DNA from: Candidatus Latescibacterota bacterium
GTDB lineage: Bacteria; Latescibacterota; UBA2968
Reading direction: 5' to 3'
Assembly: GCA_965205975.1 (NCBI GenBank)
Contig: OZ242195.1
Location: 2,336,001 to 2,400,000, forward strand
Length of the DNA: 64,000 bases
Every line of letters starts with the position of its first letter. The stretch's first letter is position 1. The position numbers and the translations under genes were made by a program. Positions 20,635 to 30,259 of the stretch are shown here, one piece after another. Under the pieces are notes generated by a model. The model was not told where the DNA came from. It worked only from the letters and a program-made list of their open reading frames with translations, and made no database searches.

Positions 20635-20665
20635 AAAACAGCCATCCAATGTGGATGGCTGTTTT
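20635..20665. terminator. Bidirectional intrinsic terminator
   Basis: AAAACAGCCATCCA-ATG-TGGATGGCTGTTTT between convergent genes. Confidence 0.8.
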
Positions 20666-20730
20666 CTTTATACGTATTTGTGAATTGAACCACTATTCGT
20701 CAGCATGCCCTGTCGCCCACTGTCCGCGTC

Positions 20731-21663
20731 TCATTCTTCGTAATAACGTTGCGTGACCGCCTTTGCGGCTTCGTCAAGACCGGGGGAAAGACTCTCGCGG
20801 GTGATGTTTAGAAGGCTTAGATCGTTCATAATGTCCCGCTTGTTCGCATCCTGCACCGTCAACATGTAATGGTCGTAAACTGTAAACTCTGCGTTCCAGT
20901 TCAGGATTTCATCGCGCTCGAATCGCTCGTGAAATGCCGAAATGAGAAAGGCACCAGATTGTGCCCTGATGCGCTCAAAAGACTGCTGCGGCTCAACGAT
21001 AAAAACGCGAAATATATCTCTGAGAGCAATTTCCTCCAGAAAATACGGTTTCTCGTGTCGAATAAAATGGTAGAGACGCCTCATAATTTCGGAGTGTTCG
21101 CCTTCGAAACTCAAGCTGTTGCCCTCACCAGTATCTTCCTCTGTTATGCCCAATAACCGGTTTTGCTCGCCATAACGGAGTTTTGCGAAATTGGCGATGA
21201 CGCTGATCGTGTCGCTGTTGAACGGCTTGATCATATCCTTCGGCACTGCGAAGATATGCAGACGACCATCCTTGCTGTTAGCGTCGTATTTCTCGCAAGC
21301 ATTGAACAGAGCGACGAGTGGGTTTCGAGTTATATCGAGGAGGCGTGTTTTAAGCCCGTGATGCTGCGCGAGCACCCATTGCTCAATCGCCGAGTTCAAA
21401 CCCCTAAACGCCTCCGGCTGACGTGCCATAAGATCAAGTAGCATCTCGCCCTCCGAGGCACGAAGTGTAGATTTATCCTCTGTTGTATTCCGCATTATAG
21501 AGGGTCGAAGTTCCCAAGAGTCGCAACATTCTCCCCGAAAATAAAGCTGATCATCATGATGTTTGTTTTGCAGATCGCGACACGTTTTCAACAAATTCTC
21601 AATGCTTTTGATCTTCGTGTCATCATTCCCCTGATCTATTCCAGTGTTTGGGGATTCACCCAT
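20731..21663 (-). CDS. FRG domain protein (probably the C-terminal part of a frameshifted pentapeptide-FRG fusion)
   Basis: YFRGE, LRPSIMR, AQHHGLKTRLLDITRNPLVALFNAC, ERIRAQSGAF. Confidence 0.88.
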   Translation of the reverse strand: MGESPNTGIDQGNDDTKIKSIENLLKTCRDLQNKHHDDQLYFRGECCDSWELRPSIMRNTTEDKSTLRASEGEMLLDLMARQPEAFRGLNSAIEQWVLAQHHGLKTRLLDITRNPLVALFNACEKYDANSKDGRLHIFAVPKDMIKPFNSDTISVIANFAKLRYGEQNRLLGITEEDTGEGNSLSFEGEHSEIMRRLYHFIRHEKPYFLEEIALRDIFRVFIVEPQQSFERIRAQSGAFLISAFHERFERDEILNWNAEFTVYDHYMLTVQDANKRDIMNDLSLLNITRESLSPGLDEAAKAVTQRYYEE

Positions 21664-22249
21664 ACAGTCTCGCTTTCCATGGCTGTGATCGCGTGAAATT
21701 TGTGCCTATGAGGTTGGCTGTGCGAAGGTCGGCATTGGAAAGATCCGCATTGGAAAGATCCGCATTGGAAAGATCCGCATTGGAAAGATCCGCATTGGAA
21801 AGATCCACGCCCGTCAGGCAGGCATTGGAAAGATCTACACCTGTTAGGCAGGCATTGGAAAGGTCGGTGCTGGAGAGGTTGGCACTGGAAAGAGCGGCAC
21901 CAGAGAGGTCGGCACCAGAGAGGTCGGCGTTGCCAAGATAGGCACCAGTCAAGCTGGGCGTCTCCCAGGGCCGCGCTCGGAAGATTTTGCCTCCGGTGAA
22001 ACTGGCCCTACTGGGATAGACATCAGACAAATCGGCACTGATCGGGTCGGCTTTAGAAGGGTCGGCACAGGAACTGAGATTGATCCCAGAGAGAGGAATT
22101 TGCCCATTGCTGTCGAGCTTTCCCGCCTCCTGAAATTTTTTGTAGAGATTCACGCCCGCAAGATTTGGCACAAAATCTTCGCGCTCGCGTCTTTTGTTCC
22201 AAGCCTCAACGCCTTCGAGAAGCCATTGAATGTGTTGTGTATTCGCCAT
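21656..22249 (-). CDS. Pentapeptide-repeat protein (N-terminal part of the putative fusion)
   Basis: MANTQHIQWLLEGVEAWN N-terminus followed by A(D/N)LSx repeats; purine-rich RBS upstream. Confidence 0.85.
   Translation of the reverse strand: MANTQHIQWLLEGVEAWNKRREREDFVPNLAGVNLYKKFQEAGKLDSNGQIPLSGINLSSCADPSKADPISADLSDVYPSRASFTGGKIFRARPWETPSLTGAYLGNADLSGADLSGAALSSANLSSTDLSNACLTGVDLSNACLTGVDLSNADLSNADLSNADLSNADLSNADLRTANLIGTNFTRSQPWKARLYG
21732..21806. repeat. Perfect 15-bp tandem repeat x5 (GCATTGGAAAGATCC), encodes (ADLSN)n
   Basis: Five identical units, followed by diverged 15/30-bp units to about 21930. Confidence 0.92.
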
Positions 22250-22503
22250 ATCTCTTTCTCCTCTATATCCCAAAATTCATCCGTTTAATCGTTTCAGATC
22301 AATATAGCCAACATCATATCATCGTGCAAGGTCGCCGCTTTATTTCGGACGGATTTGAGATCATTGTTCGGAGCAAAGTCAAACAAATCAAAAGGGCCAG
22401 AGTCGTTTGACTACTGACCGCTCGCTACCCATTTCTTATGCGCCTATGCTACGGCATCTGACCTGCGGGTTTTATCCTGATCATCCTTTCATCCTGTAAA
22501 TCC

Positions 22504-22546
22504 TGATGAACTGGTCTGAAAATCGACCAGTTGTACACCGCTTCCG
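22504..22546. repeat. Dispersed hairpin element, copy 2
   Basis: TGATGAACTGGTC-TGAAAATC-GACCAGTTGTACACCGCTTCCG. Confidence 0.7.
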
Positions 22547-22556
22547 ACCATGTTTC

Positions 22557-24452
22557 TCACCCCAACACCCGCACATCCCCTTGCCGGATGGTTATACCCC
22601 GGGTATCAAAATAATTCAACAGCGGCACGGCAAATTTGCGCGTGGTGCCGATCAGACTGCGAAAAGTCGATACATCGATCTCTTCATTTTCTTTTAAATA
22701 ATCGACCAATTGCCGCATCACATCTTCCAGCACCTCGGGGTGAAAGAGCAACGTATCTTCCAGGCGCACCAGACCGCCCATTGCCTGCATCGCCGACACC
22801 ACATCGTGCACAGATCTCGCGTTGAACTGGATAGCATCGGGCAACGTCTTCAAGTCCTCAGGCATCGTCCCCCCATCTTTTAGCACCCGCGCAACAGCAT
22901 CGCGAATCTTCTCTTGTTCGGGCGTCAACGCAATTTTGTAATCGCGCAACCCAATCAGCGCGCTTTCGCTCCTTAAAACACCTTCACGGACGAGATGTTC
23001 AACACCCTGCACAAACAAATCGTCCGAAGGTGCTCCCTTCACCAATGCGCGAAGCTCCTCGCGTCGCGCACCTATCCGAAGGGGATGCGCCTCGTGAAAA
23101 ACCTGCACTGCATCGCCAATCCCGTCCAGCAATTCAAGCCAGCACATCGCATGGACATACATCGTTTTACCCGCCTGTACATAAGAAACCACATCGCTCG
23201 AATCTACAAGCGCCATTAACTGGCTCTCGATCTCGCTCACAGACACCGCCATTTCAGATGCGAGTTGAAGCGCGGTTCGCGGTTGCAATCGCGCGGCCTT
23301 TAAGCGCGTCAACAAAACCCGTGTGGGATCATCCTGCTCCAATTCTCGCAGTGCGTCATTGACATCGTCCCGAAACCGCCTATGCTTCACAGGTTGCGGA
23401 TCCAGCACCACACCACCGCCCAGCGTTTGCACCGGTGAATACCGCCGAATCACAAACCGATCGCCCCGCGCGGCAACACCCGGTTCCTCCAGACGCAACT
23501 GCACCAGTTGCGACTCCCCCGGCAACAATGTCTCACCTTCGAGCAACACCACACGGGCCAAAACCTCTCGCGGTCCCATCAGCAAATGCACGCGCGTGCG
23601 ATTTGTCACATGCGCGGGTACATCGGGTAACATGTGCAATCGCGCATCGATCATATACGTCGTCTCAAAATACCCCGGTTGTGCCAGAAGATCGCCCCTC
23701 GACACCTCATCTACTTCGACCCCGCTTATATTAATAGCCGCACGCGCGCCCACCTGTGCCACATCTACATCCCGCCCATGCGTTTGCACGCCGCGCACGC
23801 GAACCCCTTTGCCCGACGGCAACAGCGACAATGCGTCTCGCACGCGCACATCACCCGAAATCACAGTGCCAGTCACCACAGTCCCAAACCCCTGCACAGA
23901 AAAAGCGCGATCAACGGGCAAGCGAAAAATACCCTGATCTGGCCGCGCCTCAACCCTTGCGACCTCCGCCTCAACCGCCGAACGCAACGCATCAATCCCC
24001 TCACCCGTAATCGACGATACGGGCACAATCGACGCATCCTCCAAAAATGTCTCGGCAAACACCTCCTGTAATTCCTCTTCAACCAACTCCAGCCACTCTT
24101 CTTCTACCAGATCGACTTTAGTCAACACCACAATGCCGCGGGGCACACCTAAAAGATTCAAAATACCCAGATGCTCGCGCGTCTGCGGCATCACCCCATC
24201 GTCGGCAGCCACCACAAAAAGTGCCAGATCAACCGTACACACACCCGTCACCATATTCTTGACAAAGCGCTCGTGCCCGGGCACATCGATAATGGTCACA
24301 TTATCTTTCCAATACGCAAAGCCAATATCAATCGTCACGCCGCGATCGCGCTCCTCGGGCAAAGTATCGGTCTCAATACCCGTCAATGCCTTGACCAGCG
24401 CCGTCTTGCCGTGATCGATATGCCCGGCCGTTCCAATAATTACATGCGCCAT
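22557..24452 (-). CDS. selB: Selenocysteine-specific translation elongation factor
   Basis: GTAGHIDHGKT, DVPGHERF, C-terminal winged helix with TRKFAVPLL; coupled to selA. Confidence 0.97.
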   Translation of the reverse strand: MAHVIIGTAGHIDHGKTALVKALTGIETDTLPEERDRGVTIDIGFAYWKDNVTIIDVPGHERFVKNMVTGVCTVDLALFVVAADDGVMPQTREHLGILNLLGVPRGIVVLTKVDLVEEEWLELVEEELQEVFAETFLEDASIVPVSSITGEGIDALRSAVEAEVARVEARPDQGIFRLPVDRAFSVQGFGTVVTGTVISGDVRVRDALSLLPSGKGVRVRGVQTHGRDVDVAQVGARAAINISGVEVDEVSRGDLLAQPGYFETTYMIDARLHMLPDVPAHVTNRTRVHLLMGPREVLARVVLLEGETLLPGESQLVQLRLEEPGVAARGDRFVIRRYSPVQTLGGGVVLDPQPVKHRRFRDDVNDALRELEQDDPTRVLLTRLKAARLQPRTALQLASEMAVSVSEIESQLMALVDSSDVVSYVQAGKTMYVHAMCWLELLDGIGDAVQVFHEAHPLRIGARREELRALVKGAPSDDLFVQGVEHLVREGVLRSESALIGLRDYKIALTPEQEKIRDAVARVLKDGGTMPEDLKTLPDAIQFNARSVHDVVSAMQAMGGLVRLEDTLLFHPEVLEDVMRQLVDYLKENEEIDVSTFRSLIGTTRKFAVPLLNYFDTRGITIRQGDVRVLG

Positions 24453-25858
24453 CAGCCCCGCACTCCTTTTTTCACCGCATCGCCCACAACACTCACCTCG
24501 TCATCTCTTATCGTGCGCAAATCCAAAAATAACTGCTCCTCACGCACATAGCCAATAACGGGCGGATCATAGCGGCGCAACTTATTAGACAAAGATAAAA
24601 TATCGCCACCAGAAATTGTGACCGCAACACTCGGAATATTTTCCAAAGGCAGCGCACCACTGCCAGTTTGTGCCTGAGAATCGACCAGTTCACACGTAAA
24701 ACCCTCAAGTTCACCAACCATCCGCAACAACCTCTGACCGCGTCGCTCAAGCATTCCCACAGGCTCTGTCAACATGCGGAGTGTGGGATGTTCGCGCGCT
24801 AATGCCTCTGGATTTAAGAACAACTTCAACGTCGCCTCCAGCGCAGCATAAGTCAGCTTCCCACAACGCAACGCGCGCATCAAGGGATTTTTGCGAATTT
24901 GTTCTACGACACTTTGTTTGCCCACAATAATCCCACACTGCGGCCCACCGAGCACCTTGTCACCGCTAAACATCACCACATCTGCCCCTGCGGAAATACT
25001 ATCGGATACCAGGGGTTCATAAGGCAGCCCGTAATCTCGCAAATTGACCAGCACGCCGCCGCCCAAATCGTGCGCCACAGGCACGCCGCGTTGTCGTCCC
25101 AATGCCACCATATCTTTCAGTGCAACTTCGGCGGTAAATCCCATCACCTTGTAATTGCTCGGATGGACCGCCAGCATCACCCCCGTATTTTCCGTCAAAG
25201 CGTTTTCGTAATCGCTCAAATGGGTGCGATTGGTCGTACCTACCTCGACGAGTTGCGCCCCACTGCGCGACATAATATCGGGAATGCGGAACGACCCTCC
25301 AATTTCGACCAGTTGCCCACGCGACACAATCGCCTCTTTCCCACCAGCCAGTGTATTTAACGTCAGCAAAACAGCCGCTGCATTATTATTGGCAATCGCA
25401 GCGGCTTCGGCACCGGTCAACTCACACAGCAATTCTTCCACAAGCGTCGTACGCGACCCGCGCTGTCCAGTCTCCAGGTCCAACTCCAAATTGCTATACG
25501 AACCAGCAATATCAGCAATATGTTTCACCGCAACATCGGGCAGTGGTGCGCGTCCCAAATTGGTATGCAGAATAACCCCGGTCGCATTCACAACACGCCT
25601 GAGATTTGGCGCAAACTGTTCTGCTAATTCCCTCTGCACATCCCCGACAATCCATTTAATCAACGCCTCACGCGACGCACCCACCGCCTCGCCATCGCGC
25701 ATCATTCCCCGCACGCGGTCTATCGCCTGCCGAATCATGTCGGTCAAAACAGATGTCCCACACCGCTTTGACAGCACCTGTATCGCACGTTCATTGAGCA
25801 CCCGATCTACACCGGGAATAGTTGAATAATCTATATTCTTTTTTGAATCACCATTCAT
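24452..25858 (-). CDS. selA: L-seryl-tRNA(Sec) selenium transferase
   Basis: VVNATGVILHTNLGRA, VEIGGSFRIP, EVGTTNRT, SGDKVLGGPQ. Confidence 0.97.
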   Translation of the reverse strand: MNGDSKKNIDYSTIPGVDRVLNERAIQVLSKRCGTSVLTDMIRQAIDRVRGMMRDGEAVGASREALIKWIVGDVQRELAEQFAPNLRRVVNATGVILHTNLGRAPLPDVAVKHIADIAGSYSNLELDLETGQRGSRTTLVEELLCELTGAEAAAIANNNAAAVLLTLNTLAGGKEAIVSRGQLVEIGGSFRIPDIMSRSGAQLVEVGTTNRTHLSDYENALTENTGVMLAVHPSNYKVMGFTAEVALKDMVALGRQRGVPVAHDLGGGVLVNLRDYGLPYEPLVSDSISAGADVVMFSGDKVLGGPQCGIIVGKQSVVEQIRKNPLMRALRCGKLTYAALEATLKLFLNPEALAREHPTLRMLTEPVGMLERRGQRLLRMVGELEGFTCELVDSQAQTGSGALPLENIPSVAVTISGGDILSLSNKLRRYDPPVIGYVREEQLFLDLRTIRDDEVSVVGDAVKKGVRG

Positions 25859-25869
25859 CGTTCACTACC

Positions 25870-27486
25870 CTACGGCACAATTTTAAACACAATCTCTTGC
25901 TTCACATCGCGATCCGCCAGCAAATCCGTCACTTTGACGCGGACTTCTTGACCGCCCGGCTCGGCATCTTTCAAGTCCAATTCGACATACGCCATATCCT
26001 CTGTGGTATCACCCGATTGCTCATAAGAAATCACCACTTCCCGGCGCTTCTCTTGCAAGCGCAACATGCGGCCCAATCCGCGCAGCGCGCGAATCGGCGC
26101 AAGCCCTTTTTCCTGAGCTCGAAAAGAATAATCCACGCGATACTTCGTCCGTCCAAATTCATTGCGTTTCAAATTGTACACTTCAAAATAGACAAATGCA
26201 TTTTGATCTGGGCGAAACGCCTTTGATGCCATTGGAATAATTTTTAATCCGCGTTTTTGAAACGGACCTTGCTCGTCACTCGGACCAACATAAAATGCAA
26301 GGGCAATATCGCTCATCAGAAGATCATCGCGCCGCGAAAAATCTGCTACAGCCAGTGATTGCTGATACACCTGCGATTTTCCCGACACCACATCGCGAAT
26401 CTGAAAAGAAAGATAGTGCAGCCCAGATTCAACCTCAAACGCGAGCACACCCGGAATAAACGCCCCATCCAACACTTGCTGGTCTGAAGGTGCCTGAAAT
26501 GTCAATTGATCCTGCACGCGATAGACCTCCGTCCACAGGCTATCAAACATCGCAAGACCGCGGTCCAGCATCACCCGATCGGTTTTGTCATCAATGGGCA
26601 ACCGCGCCATTTCCGTAGCTGGCAACCCATAATAGATCTCCAGCCGCGTTGCGCCATCTTCACCGCGAAATCCAGCGGGAAAATAATAAAAATCAACGGG
26701 AAGCTCGGCAATATCTGCATCGTAAACAGAGGGCTGATGCGCTGCCACTTGCCGCAAAACCACCTCGCTTTGATACGCCAGCAAATCCGTTGTTAGTGAT
26801 AGACTCAAACCATCGGGCATCGGTGCAAAATCATACCTGTTCCCCTTGCCGCGGCGCACAAAATCGAACTCTGTACCCCCCTCCAAATCCGCATATACCC
26901 AATACTCCCACCACGACATCGCTGGCACGGGAAAAATGGGTTGCCCTGGCCTGATCCTCAGGGCAATACGTCTGCGATTTACGTAATTTTGTCGCGCATC
27001 CTGTATCTCTCGATCCATCTCATTTTGAATATCGCCCGACTTGCTCGTGTGATCGGGTTTGCCAAACCGCACATAAACCTCGCCCCGATCATCCCACGGG
27101 AACTGTCCCTCACCGTAATATCGGCGCGCATACGCCACGCGCCGATAATGCTCAATGAGCCGCTCATTAGCCTTTGTCAACGGCGAAGGATCCAGACGTC
27201 GCCAAAAGCGGTCGGTCAACTCGGCGCGCTTTTCCGTATTCGCATCCCGGTAAATTTCCAGATCATCGGGTAATGCCACCTGCGCCAAATCGCGATAGAG
27301 CACCTGTTCTTCTTCTGACAATTCTTTGATATATTCTTCAAACAACGCCTGCGCCTTCGCATAGTCTCGAACGGACTGCGCCTGTACCGCCTGTACCAAC
27401 AGCGGCTCGTCAAAACCGCCCTCCTGCGCCCAAAGCGTTGTGCCCAACGCACACACCATCAGAAACCCCTTCAATATCGCATGCAT
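25870..27486 (-). CDS. GWxTD domain-containing secreted protein
   Basis: Signal peptide; FWRRLDPSP...NE...EHYRRVAYA...PWDDRGEVYVRFGKPD. Confidence 0.85.
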   Translation of the reverse strand: MHAILKGFLMVCALGTTLWAQEGGFDEPLLVQAVQAQSVRDYAKAQALFEEYIKELSEEEQVLYRDLAQVALPDDLEIYRDANTEKRAELTDRFWRRLDPSPLTKANERLIEHYRRVAYARRYYGEGQFPWDDRGEVYVRFGKPDHTSKSGDIQNEMDREIQDARQNYVNRRRIALRIRPGQPIFPVPAMSWWEYWVYADLEGGTEFDFVRRGKGNRYDFAPMPDGLSLSLTTDLLAYQSEVVLRQVAAHQPSVYDADIAELPVDFYYFPAGFRGEDGATRLEIYYGLPATEMARLPIDDKTDRVMLDRGLAMFDSLWTEVYRVQDQLTFQAPSDQQVLDGAFIPGVLAFEVESGLHYLSFQIRDVVSGKSQVYQQSLAVADFSRRDDLLMSDIALAFYVGPSDEQGPFQKRGLKIIPMASKAFRPDQNAFVYFEVYNLKRNEFGRTKYRVDYSFRAQEKGLAPIRALRGLGRMLRLQEKRREVVISYEQSGDTTEDMAYVELDLKDAEPGGQEVRVKVTDLLADRDVKQEIVFKIVP

Positions 27487-27572
27487 AACAACCACCTTGT
27501 GAAATATAGATATGCCGTATATCAAATCTACCCGATAATCCCCCGACCCGCAAAGAAAATCTCCCACATTTA

Positions 27573-27601
27573 TTGACAAGCAACACGCCTGCATGTATCT
27601 T
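27573..27601 (+). promoter_or_regulatory. Sigma70-like promoter for fbaB
   Basis: TTGACA-N17-TATCTT. Confidence 0.55.
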
Positions 27602-27706
27602 TTTCTCCTATTTTTGGAAAAATCAGCGCGCGCTCGCAAAACTTTTACAATCCCAGTAACCTCACCGGACCTGGCCCCAATTTAATTTCTTTAGAAGGAG
27701 TTCTCC

Positions 27707-28780
27707 ATGGCAGTTGCTGTTCAAAGTGGCATTGACAAAATCGCAGACTACCTCGGCAATGACGCCGACGACTTACTCGATTACGAAGCACTGGTAAATA
27801 AAAACTTTCTCACACTACCCGGTCCCGACTTTATCGACCGGGTCTTTGCAGACTCTGACCGCACCATTCCCGTACTCAACAACCTGCAACGCCTCTACAG
27901 TGCGGGGCGGCTCTCGGGCACGGGGTACATTTCCATTCTACCCATCGATCAGGGCATAGAACACTCCGGCGGCGCATCCTTTGCTCCCAACCCCATCTAC
28001 TTTGACCCCGAAAACATCGTCAAACTCGCCATTGAAGGGGGCTGTAATGCCGTGGCAACCACGCTGGGCGTACTCGGGATGGTCGCCCGCCAATACGCCC
28101 ATAAAATTCCCTTCATCCTCAAATTCAACCACAATCAACTACTCACGTACCCATCCCAATACGACCAGGTCATATTTGGACAAGTCGAACAAGCCCGGGA
28201 AATGGGATGTGCAGGCGTAGGAGCCACAATTTATTTTGGCTCGCCCGAATCCAACCGACAAATTGTCGAAATCAGCGAAGCATTTGCCCGCGCACACGAA
28301 CTGGGGCTATTTACCGTACTGTGGTGCTATTTGCGCAACTCGGCATTTGCGACCGACGACATCGACTATCACGAAGCCGCAGACCTCACGGGACAGGCTA
28401 ACCACCTCGGTGTCACCATCGGCGCAGACATCATCAAACAAAAATTGCCGACCAACAACAACGGTTACACAGCCCTGAATTTTGGACGCACCCACGACAA
28501 AGTCTATACCGAACTCTCATCTGATCACCCCATTGACCTGTGTCGCTATCAGGTCGTCAATTGTTACATGGGCAAAGCCGGACTGATCAATTCCGGGGGC
28601 GCATCCTCAGGCGCCAGTGATTACGCCGAAGCCGTGCGAACCGCTGTAATCAACAAACGCGCCGGAGGCACGGGCCTCATCTCTGGGCGCAAGGCATTTC
28701 AACGCCCCATGCACGAAGGCATCCAACTCCTCAACAACATTCAAGATGTCTATCTCTGCCCCGATGTGACCATCGCCTGA
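27707..28780 (+). CDS. fbaB: Class I fructose-bisphosphate aldolase (DhnA type)
   Basis: [24 protein letters not shown] Schiff-base Lys, [10 protein letters not shown]. Confidence 0.96.
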   Translation: MAVAVQSGIDKIADYLGNDADDLLDYEALVNKNFLTLPGPDFIDRVFADSDRTIPVLNNLQRLYSAGRLSGTGYISILPIDQGIEHSGGASFAPNPIYFDPENIVKLAIEGGCNAVATTLGVLGMVARQYAHKIPFILKFNHNQLLTYPSQYDQVIFGQVEQAREMGCAGVGATIYFGSPESNRQIVEISEAFARAHELGLFTVLWCYLRNSAFATDDIDYHEAADLTGQANHLGVTIGADIIKQKLPTNNNGYTALNFGRTHDKVYTELSSDHPIDLCRYQVVNCYMGKAGLINSGGASSGASDYAEAVRTAVINKRAGGTGLISGRKAFQRPMHEGIQLLNNIQDVYLCPDVTIA

Positions 28781-28789
28781 TTTACACAC

Positions 28790-28837
28790 AAAAAAAGCGG
28801 AGCTTTCGATCTATCGAAGGCTCCGTCTTTTGTTTTT
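28790..28837. terminator. Bidirectional intrinsic terminator
   Basis: A-run, CGGAGCTTTCGAT-CT-ATCGAAGGCTCCG, T-rich tail between convergent genes. Confidence 0.75.
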
Positions 28838-28869
28838 AAGATGGATGTACGGGAACTGTCCGCTACTAT

Positions 28870-29304
28870 TCAAACCAGCTTTTCACCGTCGAAAATCATT
28901 TTGTCCTTTTCGTAAATCGCGCCCGTTTCTTCATCCAACTCGTACTTCATCAACTGCCCCATAGACATATGGTTAAACACCTCTTTGGGATCGCCGTATT
29001 TTTCCAGCAACTTTTCAATCGGACCTTCAAACTCATAGGTTCGGCGTTTGGGCCGTTCGCGTGCTCGGCGCTCGGATTCTTCCTTGCTCAAAATGGGCAA
29101 TCGCTCGGCAGCGGGTCCCAATCGACTCGCGTATTCCTGACGCCTGCGGTACTGATCGTGCCGCTTTTCAACCTCATCTTTGGCCTCTTCTCGCTCCTTA
29201 GCACTGAGCAGATCTCCTGCCCGTTCTGACCACTTTTCCTGTTCGCGCTCGCGCACATCATCGCGGCCCACTTTTCGCATAATATCTCGCAGTGAATCAC
29301 TCAT
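28870..29304 (-). CDS. Hypothetical highly charged protein
   Basis: 144-aa ORF with GGAGG RBS; no family recognised. Confidence 0.7.
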   Translation of the reverse strand: MSDSLRDIMRKVGRDDVREREQEKWSERAGDLLSAKEREEAKDEVEKRHDQYRRRQEYASRLGPAAERLPILSKEESERRARERPKRRTYEFEGPIEKLLEKYGDPKEVFNHMSMGQLMKYELDEETGAIYEKDKMIFDGEKLV

Positions 29305-29473
29305 CTTTCAAACCCTCCAAAGCCAGATAAATTTAAGACTACCGGATGACCCAAAAATAACGCACCACATCCCGCTTGTCAAAAGGAAATTCTCATTTTT
29401 AAAAATATCAGGGTTGACGCTGGTCGCCTTTACAACCATATTGCAGTCATGCACACCATGCGAAAGGAAATAT

Positions 29474-30259
29474 ATGTCCAATATGAAACGACTTATCAAC
29501 ATCATGGCGCGCTTGAGAGGGCCTTCGGGCTGCCCGTGGGACAAAGAGCAAACGCACCAGAGTCTAAAACCCTATCTCATTGAAGAAGCCTATGAACTCC
29601 TCGAAGCGATTGACGACAATGACAATGACGAAATCAAAGAAGAACTGGGAGATCTTTTGCTACAAGTCGTCTTTCACGCGCAAATCGCCAGTGAAGAAAA
29701 CCGATTTACCATAGACGACGTAGCCGAAGCCATCGCCGACAAACTCATCCGCCGTCATCCGCATGTTTTTGGCGACACGCAAGCCGACACACCCGACGAA
29801 GTAATCAAAAATTGGGAAGCCATCAAAGCCGAAGAAAAACCCAACAAAAAAGCCTCCCTGCTCGACGGCGTACCGCAATATCTGCCAGCATTATTGAAGG
29901 CCCGCAGACTTCAGGAAAAAGCCGCGCGAGTGGGGTTTGAATGGGAACACATTGCGGATGTAGCTCGAAAAGTGCGGGAAGAAACAGAAGAATTAATGCA
30001 CGCACGAGAAACCGGCGCAATGGAAAAGATCCAGGAAGAATTTGGGGACTTGCTATTTGCCCTGGTCAATCTCGCTCGATTTCTCCAAATATGCCCCGAA
30101 GAAGCACTCATACAAATCAACAGAAAATTTCAATCGCGCTTCCAGTACATCGAAACCGAACTGAGCAAACAGGACAAAACACCTGATGACGCTACACTTG
30201 AAGAAATGGACGCGCTGTGGGAAGCCGCAAAAAAAGAGAATCAGCCCCAAAAATCGTAG
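29474..30259 (+). CDS. mazG: Nucleoside triphosphate pyrophosphohydrolase
   Basis: GCPWDKEQTH, EEAYE, EELGDLLLQVVFH, RRHPHVF, second EEFGDLLF repeat; AAGGA RBS. Confidence 0.95.
   Translation: MSNMKRLINIMARLRGPSGCPWDKEQTHQSLKPYLIEEAYELLEAIDDNDNDEIKEELGDLLLQVVFHAQIASEENRFTIDDVAEAIADKLIRRHPHVFGDTQADTPDEVIKNWEAIKAEEKPNKKASLLDGVPQYLPALLKARRLQEKAARVGFEWEHIADVARKVREETEELMHARETGAMEKIQEEFGDLLFALVNLARFLQICPEEALIQINRKFQSRFQYIETELSKQDKTPDDATLEEMDALWEAAKKENQPQKS

Noticed and set aside
21656..21658. Selenocysteine read-through of the pentapeptide gene's TGA
   Set aside because: The FRG domain is in a different frame, so read-through would not join them. I saw no convincing in-frame UGA selenoprotein elsewhere in the window, although no SECIS search was possible.
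21732..21806. 15-bp repeats as a CRISPR array
   Set aside because: Head-to-tail with no spacers; they encode pentapeptide repeats.
21648..21941. Plus-strand ORF with (ALERS)n repeats
   Set aside because: It is the antisense reading of the pentapeptide repeat.
22503..22540. Hammerhead ribozyme (CTGATGA followed by a stem)
   Set aside because: The stem is followed by GTACAC rather than the required GAAA, and stems I/III are not evident.
19467..22546. Canonical integron attC sites
   Set aside because: The ends GATGAAC and GTTGTAC deviate from RYYYAAC/GTTRRRY, the elements are too short, and there is no intI in the window.
22280..22556. tRNA-Sec (selC) downstream of selB
   Set aside because: I could not find a cloverleaf, a TCA anticodon arm or a T-loop motif.
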